Source: Rikenellaceae bacterium
Lineage (GTDB): Bacteria > Bacteroidota > Bacteroidia > Bacteroidales > Rikenellaceae
DNA: 64,000 nt
Assembly: GCA_031549495.1 (NCBI GenBank)
Contig: JAVBPS010000041.1
Location: forward strand, 9,121-73,120
Direction: 5' to 3'
Within the stretch, counting starts at the first letter, position 1. Each line of letters opens with the position of its first letter. Under the pieces are notes generated by a model. The model made no database searches and was not told the origin of the DNA. It saw only the letters and a program-made list of their open reading frames with translations. The position numbers and the translations under genes were made by a program. Shown here piece after piece: positions 34,962 through 43,210 of this stretch.

Positions 34962-35789
34962 ATGAAACGGACATTGCTTGTCGTCATGGCGTTCGCATTC
35001 GCGCTCGCCGCATGCGCCGCCCCGCGCCCGCAGAAAGGGCACCTGGTCATTATCGGCGGCGGGACGATCACCGGGGAGATCCTCGGCAGGATGACCCGTT
35101 ACGCGGGCGGGCCGCGGCAGGCCCGCATCCTGATCGTCCCCTACGCCATGCGCGAGGCGGATTATCTGGAGCGCAACATCAAGGTCTTTCGCGACTACGG
35201 TTGCACGAGCGTGGATTACATCAACGTCGAGCCCGCCGAGGTCGACCGCCCGGAAAACCTCGCCAAACTCGACGGGGTGAACGTCGTCTTTTTCAGCGGC
35301 GGCCAGCAGCGCGAGCTGGCGGATGCCCTGCGCGGCACGCGGTTCCTGGAGCGCATACACGAACTCCACGCCGCGGGAGCCACGATCACCGGGACGAGCG
35401 CCGGGGCGGCCGTGATGAGTAAAGCGATGATCGCCGGCGGCCACCGCCAGGTTCCCCCGGGCAAGGATCCCGCCACATGGGGCGTGATCGCCCGCCAGGA
35501 CGTGAACCTCGTGGAAGGCTTCGGATTCATGCCCGAGGTCATCATCCACCAGCATTTCGTGGTCCGCAAACGGCTCACTTCGCTCTTTTCGGCCCTGCTG
35601 GACCGCCCGGACCTGTCCGGCGTGGGGATCGACGAATCGACCGCGATCGACGTTTCGCCCGACGGGACGTTCGAGGTGGTGGGCGACGGCACGGCGATGG
35701 TGATCCGGCCCCGCCACGGCCCTCTGCACCCGCCCCGGTTCGAGGTGGTGATCCTCTGGAAAAACGACACCTGTAAATACCGGCGATGA
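34962..35789 (+). CDS. Cyanophycinase-like peptidase (MEROPS S51), secreted lipoprotein
   Basis: ORF 34908..35789; the ATG at 34962 gives MKRTLLVVMAFAFALAACAAP (lipobox). GHLVIIGGG...ARILIVPYA...VNVVFFSGGQQ...ITGTSAGAAVMS (nucleophile Ser)...VIIHQHF are typical of cyanophycinase/S51. Confidence 0.85.
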   Translation: MKRTLLVVMAFAFALAACAAPRPQKGHLVIIGGGTITGEILGRMTRYAGGPRQARILIVPYAMREADYLERNIKVFRDYGCTSVDYINVEPAEVDRPENLAKLDGVNVVFFSGGQQRELADALRGTRFLERIHELHAAGATITGTSAGAAVMSKAMIAGGHRQVPPGKDPATWGVIARQDVNLVEGFGFMPEVIIHQHFVVRKRLTSLFSALLDRPDLSGVGIDESTAIDVSPDGTFEVVGDGTAMVIRPRHGPLHPPRFEVVILWKNDTCKYRR

Positions 35790-35914
35790 CGTACGCCGCC
35801 GGAAGATCCGGTGTTGTTTGCCGGGTGTCGGCAAAAATGACGAAACGTTCAAATCGTTCGACTGCGACCAGAAGGTTTCAGGCCTGAGCCCCGATGGTGT
35901 CACGAAGAAAATCC

Positions 35915-35942
35915 GAGGGTTATGACACCAGCCATAACCCTC
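35915..35942 (+). terminator. Intrinsic terminator candidate (10-bp stem GAGGGTTATG/CATAACCCTC followed by a T-rich tract)
   Basis: A perfect stem with an 8-nt loop, followed by TCGCTTTTTCATTTTCC, 126 nt after the cyanophycinase stop. Confidence 0.6.
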
Positions 35943-36007
35943 TCGCTTTTTCATTTTCCTGCAATTCGGACACGAATAGGGAGATCTCAAGATAAACAGC
36001 GAAACGG

Positions 36008-36027
36008 ACAGAAGAATATTCTTCTGT
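36008..36027. promoter_or_regulatory. Perfect 20-bp palindrome ACAGAAGAATATTCTTCTGT (candidate operator)
   Basis: Perfect dyad 123 nt upstream of ATG 36150. The outer GATAAACAG (35991..35999) / CTGTTTATC (36024..36032) give an alternative pairing. Confidence 0.45.
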
Positions 36028-36064
36028 TTATCACCGATTTCAATGTTTTTTAATGTCCCGCCCA

Positions 36065-36101
36065 TGGAATATCTGGTAATTAATGGTAATTTCGTGGAAA
36101 T
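36065..36101 (+). promoter_or_regulatory. Four helically phased TGG(A/T)AAT repeats upstream of the oxidoreductase gene
   Basis: TGGAAT 36065, TGGTAAT 36074, TGGTAAT 36084, TGGAAAT 36095 (spacing 9, 10 and 11 bp). They overlap the near -7 box TAATTTCG (36087..36094). Confidence 0.4.
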
Positions 36102-36149
36102 TTAAAGACCCGGGACACGGACTTTACGCTTAACCTGACAAGATATAAT

Positions 36150-37415
36150 ATGCGAGAAAAAATGAACCGGAGGAAATTCCTGGCGGCCGCGGCCCTGGGG
36201 ACGGCCTCCCTGACCATCATCCCCCGCTCGGTGCTGGGCCGGGGCTTCATTCCCCCGAGCGACCAGTTGACCAAAGGGATCATCGGCACCGGCTCCATGG
36301 GCCGCGGCCATGTGAATTACGGCGGAACGCGGCTGGTGGCGGTATGCGACGTGGATCGCAAACACCTGGAACTGGGCAAAGCCCTGGCCGGGGAGCGGAT
36401 CGCCGCGTACCACGATTTCAGGGAGCTGATCGCGGACCCGAACGTCGACATCGTGCACATCGCCACCCCGCCCCATTGGCACGGGATCATGTCGGTCGAG
36501 GCGGCCAAAGCCGGGAAGGACATCTGGTGCGAAAAGCCGATGACCCGCACCATCGGCGAAGGCAAACGGGTCATGGAGGCGGTCAAACAGTACGGCCGGA
36601 TGTTCCGCCTGAACACCTGGTTCCGCTTCACGGACAACTTTTACGGCTTGGGCACCCCGGTCCGACCGCTCAAAAAACTGGTCGACAGCGGGATGCTGGG
36701 ATGGCCGCTGAAAGTGACCGTCAGCAAACACACCGGATTCGACTGGAAATTCTACTGGGTGGGCAAAGACTACCTGCCCCCGCAGCCCGTTCCCCAGGAG
36801 CTCGACTACGAGATGTGGCTGGGCCCGGCCCCCTACAAACCTTATAACTCCCATCGCGTGCACACCACGTTCCGCGGCTATTGGGATTACGACGGGGGCG
36901 GCCTGGGGGATATGGGGCAGCATTACCTCGACCCGGTCCAGTACCTGCTCGGCAAGGACGGCACCAGCCCGGTGAAGGTGGAGGTGGACGCGCCGCAGCA
37001 ACATCCCGAGGCGATCGGCACCTGGCGCTCGATCACCTATACTTACGACGACGGGTGCCAGATCGTGCTATGGGGCGGCGATTACGGGGAGAGCGACACA
37101 CCTTACATCGCGGGGCCCAACGGCAACGTGTACAACAATTTCATCTGCGACATCCCCGGCTGGCAGGATAAATTGGCGCAGTACCCCGAGCCCGCCCTCC
37201 AGCAGACGGATTTTATCGACAGCGTGCGTACCCGCAAAATATTCGCCCTCAATGAGCAGAACGGTTTCCGTTCGGCGACCCTGGTCAACATGGGCCTGGT
37301 CGCGCTGCGGCTGAACCGCACGCTCCATTTCGATCCCGACAAGCTCGAATTCATCAACGACGAAGCCGCCAACCGCCTGATCGACCAACCCATGCGGTCG
37401 CCGTGGCATATCTAA
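36150..37415 (+). CDS. Gfo/Idh/MocA-family NAD(P)-dependent oxidoreductase with a twin-arginine (TAT) signal; candidate glycoside 3-dehydrogenase/GH109-like
   Basis: 421 aa. MREKMNRRKFLAAAALGTASLTIIP (RRKFL TAT motif; an alternative ATG is at 36162). Rossmann GIIGTGSMGRGH, with LVAVCDVD...HIATPPHWHG typical of the family. Confidence 0.85.
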   Translation: MREKMNRRKFLAAAALGTASLTIIPRSVLGRGFIPPSDQLTKGIIGTGSMGRGHVNYGGTRLVAVCDVDRKHLELGKALAGERIAAYHDFRELIADPNVDIVHIATPPHWHGIMSVEAAKAGKDIWCEKPMTRTIGEGKRVMEAVKQYGRMFRLNTWFRFTDNFYGLGTPVRPLKKLVDSGMLGWPLKVTVSKHTGFDWKFYWVGKDYLPPQPVPQELDYEMWLGPAPYKPYNSHRVHTTFRGYWDYDGGGLGDMGQHYLDPVQYLLGKDGTSPVKVEVDAPQQHPEAIGTWRSITYTYDDGCQIVLWGGDYGESDTPYIAGPNGNVYNNFICDIPGWQDKLAQYPEPALQQTDFIDSVRTRKIFALNEQNGFRSATLVNMGLVALRLNRTLHFDPDKLEFINDEAANRLIDQPMRSPWHI

Positions 37416-37435
37416 CCCTCTGACCGATAAAAAAA

Positions 37436-40400
37436 ATGAAAAAGCTATATATACTGCTGGCCCTGCTGTCGATATCGTTCGGCCCGCTTCATGCCCAGTA
37501 TTCGGGAAACAGGACCCCGAAGACCATCGTGGCGGATGTCCTGGCGCAAATGCCCGCCCGCGACGCACAGCAATTCGAAACGCTGACCGGCGACCTGGCT
37601 TCGGCCGGGGAGGAAGGAGTCCTGCTGATGATCCAGATGATGGTCCCGCCGGGGGAAGGCAGCAACGCCGCCGTGGAATACGCGTTGAGCGGATTGTCCC
37701 GGTACGTGACCGCCGAGGGCCAGCAGGCCGCCCGCCTGGCGGTATCGAGCGCGTATGTGAAAGCGTTGGGCATGGTTCAGCAAAGGGAGACGAAAGCCTT
37801 CATCATCCGCCAGTTGGAAACGGCCGGCGGCGCGGAAGCGGTGCCGGGCCTCTCTGCTTACCTAAGCGACGAACAGTTGAGTGGCCCTGCGTCGCGCGCG
37901 CTGGCTTCCATCGGCAAACGCTCGCCGGAAGCGGCGGAAGCCCTTCTGGCCGCACTGGGCCGGGCCACGAGCGATAAATCGAAGGAAGACATTGTAACGG
38001 CCATTGCGGAAATCGGGCTGTCGCAGGCCGAGCCCGAGCTGACGCGGATGCTGCACGATGCCCGGGGCCAGGCGCTTGAAGGCGTCCTGCTGTACGCCTT
38101 GGGGCAATGCGGCAGCAAGGCCTCGCTGGGCGAATTGGCTGCGGCCGCACGCCGATCCGGCTACACGATGGAAAAAACGGGCGCCACAGCGTCATACATC
38201 GCCTTGATCCGCAGGGTCATGGAGCAGGGGGAGGTAAAAGAAGCGCAGAAAGCGGCGCAAGCGCTCGCAAAAGCCGCCGGACGTGCGCACCTGGAGCATC
38301 TGCGTGAAGCCGCCCTCGGACTGCAAATGGCCGCCGAACCGGCCGACGCGCTGGAAATGGTGCAAAAAGCGCTGAAGGACGGCAGCCGGGAGTACCGTTG
38401 CGCGGCCCTGAATTTCGCATCGGACTACGCCGGTGAACCGTTCTACGCGGGGCTGATCCAAACGTTCGGAAAAGCTCCGGCCGATACCCGGATCGACATC
38501 ATGAACTGGCTGGCGCAGCAGTGCACGGACAAACAGAAACAGGCGGCGATAAGCAGCTTCGGGATCGCTCCCTTCACCGCAGATCTGGCAAGCGCCGATT
38601 TCGCGCTTAAAAGCGCGGCGGCGGCGTTGATCGCCCGCATCGGGGGGACGGACGCCGCCGGGGCGCTGGCGGGGCTGCTGGCAAGCGGCGACCCGCAGAC
38701 GGTTTCACTGGCCGGGAGCTTGCTGAGCACCGTGCCGGGCGACATATCCGCTCCGGTGGCCGCGATCATCCCGTCGGCCGGAGATGCGGGCAAGACGGCG
38801 GCATTGAGGCTGCTCTCCAACCGGAAGGCCTCAGCCTATTTCCAGACGGTCATGGGCCAGATCGACGGCGGCTCGCCCGAGGTGAAGCAGGCGGCATATT
38901 CAGCGCTGAAGAACGTCGTCACCGCCGACAACCTGCCGGTGCTCTACGACCTGCTCGAAAACGCTGCTCCGCAGGACGTCGCGGCGCTGCAACAGGCGAT
39001 AGGCGCGGCCGTAAAAGGGATCGCCCCGGACAAACGGCTCGCCACGCTGACCGGGCAAATGGACGCGACCCCGAAAGAGAAGCAATACCTCTACTACCCT
39101 ATTCTGACCGCCACCGGCATCCCCGGCTCGCTTGAAATCGTAACGGATCGCTTTGCGAAAGAGTCCGGAACGGCCAAAGACGCGGCGTTCCAAGCCTTGC
39201 TGGATTGGCAGGGGCACCAGACCGCCGGGTTGCTGCTCAATATCTGCAAGGATCCTTCCGCTTCGCGTTATTTCGACCGGGCGCTCGCCAGGTATATAAC
39301 GCTCGCGTCCGATCCGGCGCTCACGGGCGAAAACCGCAGGCTGCTGCTGGCCAACGCGCTGGAAATCGCCAAAACCGACGGACAGAAGAACCTGATCCTG
39401 AAAAATCTCGGCGGCACGGATTCCTACCCCGCGCTGCTGCTCTCAGGCGGATACCTCGACCAACCGGCGCTCCGGCAGGCGGCCGCGGGGGCGGTCATGA
39501 ACATCGCCCTGAATAACAAGGAATTCACCGGGCCGCAAGTAAGGGCATTGCTGGAAAAAGTGATCGAGGTGCTCGACAACCCCGACGCCGGTTACCAGAA
39601 GGAAGCCATCCGCAAGCATCTGAACGAAATGCCGGAAGGCGAAGGATTCGTATCCATATTCAACGGGAAGGACCTTGCGGGATGGCAGGGGCTGGTGGAA
39701 AATCCGGTCAAGCGTTCAAAGATGACGAAAGCGGAGCTTGCCCGCAGGCAGGCCGAAGCCGACAAACAGGCTGCAGAACACTGGACGGCCGCGGCAGGCG
39801 TCCTCGTCTTCGACGGAAAAAAAGGAGGCGACAACCTCTGCACCGTCCATCCGTACGGCGATTTCGAGATGCTCGTAGACTGGCAGCTCGACCCGGCCGG
39901 GCCCGAGCCCGACGCGGGGATTTACCTGCGTGCATCGCCCCAGGTGCAGATATGGGACACGGCGCGCACCAATGTGGGCGCACAGGTCGGCTCCGGGGGG
40001 TTGTACAACAACCAGCAGCACCCCAGCGTGCCGCTGGCGCTGGCCGACAACCCGCTGGGCGAGTGGAACGCGTTTTACATCAAAATGACGGGCGACCGCG
40101 TCACGGTGAAGCTCAACGGGATCCTGGTCGTGGACAACGTGATCCTGGAGAACTACTGGGACCGCTCGAAGCCCATCTTCCCCCGGGAGCAGATCGAGCT
40201 CCAGGCGCACGGCAGCAAGGTTTACTACCGCAACATCTATATCAAAGAGCTGGCAAGCCCCGAGCCCTTCGAATTATCGGAACAGGAAAAGAAGGAGGGG
40301 TTCCGTATTCTTTTCGACGGGACCAACATGCACGACTGGACGGGAAACACGGTCGATTACCTCATCGACCAGGGTACGATCTCGCTCGACCCGAAGGGAC

Positions 40401-40879
40401 GCCACGGCGGCAACCTCTACACGAAGGATGAATTCTCCGATTTCATCTACCGCTTCGAGTTCCTGCTGACCCCGGCGGCCAACAACGGCGTGGGGATCCG
40501 CACCCCGATGGGTGTGGACGCGGCTTATCACGGCATGGAGATCCAGATCCTCGACCACGACCATCCCGTGTACAAAAACATCACGCCGTTGCAGGTGCAC
40601 GGCTCGGTCTACGGGATCATCGGCGCCGAAAGGGGCCATCTGCGGCCCGTAGGCGAATGGAACGAAGAGGAGATCATCGCCGACGGCGACCACATCAAGG
40701 TGACGCTGAACGGGGTGGTGATCCTGGACGGCAATATCCGCGAGGCTACTGTAAACGGCACTGCCGACGGGCAGGAGCACCCCGGACTGTTCAACAAAAC
40801 AGGACGTATCGGCTTTCTGGGCCACGGTTCCGCCGTCAAATTCCGCAACATCCGCATTAAAGAGATCGATAAAAAGTAG
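37436..40879 (+). CDS. Secreted 1147-aa protein: N-terminal HEAT/ARM-like repeat region (about 730 aa) fused to two DUF1080 (3-keto-disaccharide-hydrolase family) domains
   Basis: Signal peptide (GPLHAQ) and an alanine/leucine-rich helical repeat region. DUF1080 copy 1 is at about nt 39644..40252 (GFVSIFNGKDLAGWQG...YGDFEMLVDWQL...IELQAHGSKVYYRNIYIKEL). Copy 2 is at about nt 40298..40870 (GFRILFDGTNMHDWTG...FSDFIYRFEFLLTPAANNGVGIRTP...MEIQILD...GRIGFLGHGSAVKFRNIRIKEI). Confidence 0.8.
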   Translation: MKKLYILLALLSISFGPLHAQYSGNRTPKTIVADVLAQMPARDAQQFETLTGDLASAGEEGVLLMIQMMVPPGEGSNAAVEYALSGLSRYVTAEGQQAARLAVSSAYVKALGMVQQRETKAFIIRQLETAGGAEAVPGLSAYLSDEQLSGPASRALASIGKRSPEAAEALLAALGRATSDKSKEDIVTAIAEIGLSQAEPELTRMLHDARGQALEGVLLYALGQCGSKASLGELAAAARRSGYTMEKTGATASYIALIRRVMEQGEVKEAQKAAQALAKAAGRAHLEHLREAALGLQMAAEPADALEMVQKALKDGSREYRCAALNFASDYAGEPFYAGLIQTFGKAPADTRIDIMNWLAQQCTDKQKQAAISSFGIAPFTADLASADFALKSAAAALIARIGGTDAAGALAGLLASGDPQTVSLAGSLLSTVPGDISAPVAAIIPSAGDAGKTAALRLLSNRKASAYFQTVMGQIDGGSPEVKQAAYSALKNVVTADNLPVLYDLLENAAPQDVAALQQAIGAAVKGIAPDKRLATLTGQMDATPKEKQYLYYPILTATGIPGSLEIVTDRFAKESGTAKDAAFQALLDWQGHQTAGLLLNICKDPSASRYFDRALARYITLASDPALTGENRRLLLANALEIAKTDGQKNLILKNLGGTDSYPALLLSGGYLDQPALRQAAAGAVMNIALNNKEFTGPQVRALLEKVIEVLDNPDAGYQKEAIRKHLNEMPEGEGFVSIFNGKDLAGWQGLVENPVKRSKMTKAELARRQAEADKQAAEHWTAAAGVLVFDGKKGGDNLCTVHPYGDFEMLVDWQLDPAGPEPDAGIYLRASPQVQIWDTARTNVGAQVGSGGLYNNQQHPSVPLALADNPLGEWNAFYIKMTGDRVTVKLNGILVVDNVILENYWDRSKPIFPREQIELQAHGSKVYYRNIYIKELASPEPFELSEQEKKEGFRILFDGTNMHDWTGNTVDYLIDQGTISLDPKGRHGGNLYTKDEFSDFIYRFEFLLTPAANNGVGIRTPMGVDAAYHGMEIQILDHDHPVYKNITPLQVHGSVYGIIGAERGHLRPVGEWNEEEIIADGDHIKVTLNGVVILDGNIREATVNGTADGQEHPGLFNKTGRIGFLGHGSAVKFRNIRIKEIDKK

Positions 40880-40927
40880 GGTGGCTTATCCGGATGCGGC
40901 GGGATTCCTGCACTAATGGAAAACAGA

Positions 40928-40957
40928 GCGGCTTACTATTCAGTAAGCCGCTTTTTT
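40928..40957 (+). terminator. Canonical rho-independent terminator (10-bp stem GCGGCTTACT/AGTAAGCCGC, loop ATTC, T6)
   Basis: A perfect stem followed by TTTTTT, 49 nt after the stop at 40879. Confidence 0.85.
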
Positions 40958-41179
40958 GGGGGGGTTGCGATGGATTTTGCGTGGTTTTCCCGACCGCCCT
41001 TCCGATCGGGCCGGATGGTTTATTCGGTCCCCTTGCCAGAACATCCCGCAGGGGGCATTTTTCGTATTATTATCGTTCCGGGAGAATTTTTCCTCGTTTT
41101 ATCTGAACTGCCGGAGATTGAGTTAACGTACATTTGACCGCAGAACGCAGTCGGGGGATTAATATTTCACGTGATTTTG

Positions 41180-41187
41180 TATATTTG
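41180..41187 (+). promoter_or_regulatory. Candidate -7 promoter box TATATTTG for the DUF6377-type regulator gene
   Basis: A perfect TAnnTTTG 66 nt upstream of ATG 41254, in an AT-rich tract. Confidence 0.4.
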
Positions 41188-41253
41188 TATTGTTTTTGAC
41201 TTCGCCGCGCAGAAAAAACAGGGTGCGCGCAGGAATGTCGCATACGTTTTACG

Positions 41254-42876
41254 ATGGGTTTGAGACAAATTTTCATATTCGTACTGTTGGTCTCGTGCCG
41301 CCCGTGCCTTTTCGCACAGGGCGGCGGGGTCGACTCCCTGCTCAAGGTGCTCGACCAGCAGATCGCCGGGCGCGAATCGTACCTCGACCAGAAACTCAAA
41401 CGCATCGACGCCCTGCGCAATAAACTGAATGCCGTCCCCGCCGGCGACCTCCGCCTGCAATTCAGCTACGTGAGCGAGATGACGGCCGAATACCGCGACG
41501 TGATCTACGACTCGGCGTTCGTCTACGTACATAAGATGAGCCGGCTGGCCCACACCCTCGGCGATGCGGAGATGATCGCCGACGCCCGCCTCGAAGCCTC
41601 TTCGCTCTTCCTGGGAGGCGGGGTCTTCACCCTGGCCGTGGACACCCTGCGCACCATGCGGCCCCCGGAGCTCGACACCTCGCTCAAAAAGCGCTACTAC
41701 ACCCTCTCCGCCCGCCTCTGGTACGACCTGGCCGGGTATATCGGCGACCAGTTTTACGCCCCGCTGCATGTGGCGCTCGGCAACCGTTACCAGGACAGCC
41801 TGATCATGCTCGAGACGCCCGGATCGGACGCCTACCGGATGGCCGTGGGCAAGAAACTCACCTACGAGCACCGCTACCGCGAGGCGATCGACACCCTGCT
41901 GCCCCTGCTCGACCATTGGGACACTTCGAACCGCCGTTTCCCCATCCTGGGCTCGACCCTTTCGTTCTGCTACCGTTCGCTGGACGAGGAGATGCAGGCC
42001 AAACAGATGCTGATCATGGCCGTCATATCGGACATCATCAACGTGAAGATGGAGTCGACCACCGCCATGCAGCTGGCCGAGATGTTTTACAGCGAGCGAA
42101 ACCTCGAACGGGCCCACCAATGCATCCAGTTGGCCCAGAAGAGCGCCGACTATTTCAACGCCCGCCACCGCAAGGTGCGCATCTCGAAGACCCTGCCGCT
42201 GATCGAGACCGAGCGGATGCTGCTCGAGCAGGAGAAGCGCCACCGCGTGCGCCTCTTCGCCACGGTCGTGGCCGTGTTCGCCGCCCTGGTGGTGCTCTTC
42301 CTGGCCATCATCTACAAGCAGTTGCAACGGATCAAGCGCTCGGAGCAGATCATCCGCCGCACGAACCGTTCGCTGGAGGAGACCAACCTCAAACTGCGCG
42401 AATCGAACACCATCAAGGACGAATATATCGTCGACTTCCTCGACGCCCAGGCCTCGTTCATCGACCGCACGGACGCCCACCTGAAGGTGATCCGCAAGAA
42501 AATGCGCGAAAAGAGCTACGACACGCTCATGCGCCTGCTGGACAGCGAATTGGTCGAGGAGGAGCGCCAGCAACTGTTCAAACGCTTCGATACCGTATTC
42601 CTGGGCCTGTTCCCGTCGTTCATCGAAGATTTCAACGCCCTGCTGGAACCCGACGGGCGGATCGTTCCGCGCAAGAACGAATTGCTCAACACGGAGTTGC
42701 GCATCTACGCCCTCAGGCGCCTGGGCATCAACGAACCCACGGCCGTGGCCAAATTCCTGAACTGCTCGCTCAACACAATATATGCGTACAAAACGCGTAT
42801 TAACAACAAGGCCCTCTCGCAGGACAAGCGCGAATTCGACCGGGCTATTATGAGTATAGGCATCAGGATCCAATAG
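41254..42876 (+). CDS. DUF6377-type putative transcriptional regulator (TPR-like sensor region, one TM helix, coiled coil, C-terminal HTH)
   Basis: 540 aa. N-terminal signal-like segment, helical repeats, TM (LFATVVAVFAALVVLFLAIIY), coiled coil (QRIKRSEQIIRRTNRSLEETNLKLRES) and C-terminal HTH-like ELRIYALRRLGINEPTAVAKFLNCSLNTIYAYKTRI. Confidence 0.7.
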   Translation: MGLRQIFIFVLLVSCRPCLFAQGGGVDSLLKVLDQQIAGRESYLDQKLKRIDALRNKLNAVPAGDLRLQFSYVSEMTAEYRDVIYDSAFVYVHKMSRLAHTLGDAEMIADARLEASSLFLGGGVFTLAVDTLRTMRPPELDTSLKKRYYTLSARLWYDLAGYIGDQFYAPLHVALGNRYQDSLIMLETPGSDAYRMAVGKKLTYEHRYREAIDTLLPLLDHWDTSNRRFPILGSTLSFCYRSLDEEMQAKQMLIMAVISDIINVKMESTTAMQLAEMFYSERNLERAHQCIQLAQKSADYFNARHRKVRISKTLPLIETERMLLEQEKRHRVRLFATVVAVFAALVVLFLAIIYKQLQRIKRSEQIIRRTNRSLEETNLKLRESNTIKDEYIVDFLDAQASFIDRTDAHLKVIRKKMREKSYDTLMRLLDSELVEEERQQLFKRFDTVFLGLFPSFIEDFNALLEPDGRIVPRKNELLNTELRIYALRRLGINEPTAVAKFLNCSLNTIYAYKTRINNKALSQDKREFDRAIMSIGIRIQ

Positions 42877-43210
42877 GACGCGCCGACCCTCGCCCCCCTT
42901 CCCTCTTAATGTACAAACGCCCGTAAGGGACAATATCGCGACAATATTTTGTGTCGCGAGAGACCCCTGTTTGGCGCTTATTATCAATGCATTAACTTTA
43001 ATTCGAGACTATATGTTTTTTGTATGCCGTCAGACGGGTCGAAAAATAAGCCAATTTTGTAATGCTCCCCGAAGAGGGGCGCCCGAACCTAAAAAAACTA
43101 ACCTTAATACCGATCCGACGACCTATGGCAAAACTCAACGCTGCGGCCTGCGCGCCGAGGGGGAGACGCGGTTTCCCTGATTGTAGAACCTTAAAACCCA
43201 AACACATATC

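Noticed and set aside
34929-36065. A 378-aa minus-strand ORF spanning the cyanophycinase gene and the downstream spacer.
   Set aside because: It is antisense to a gene with strong S51 motifs. Its N-terminal part crosses the terminator hairpin and the 20-bp palindrome, and it has no domain features.
40894-41137. Two small ORFs (70 aa and 73 aa) after the HEAT-DUF1080 gene, and a 69-aa ORF at 42971..43180.
   Set aside because: The first two run through a canonical terminator (40928..40957). All lie in AT-rich promoter-like spacers and have no signal, TM or conserved features visible.
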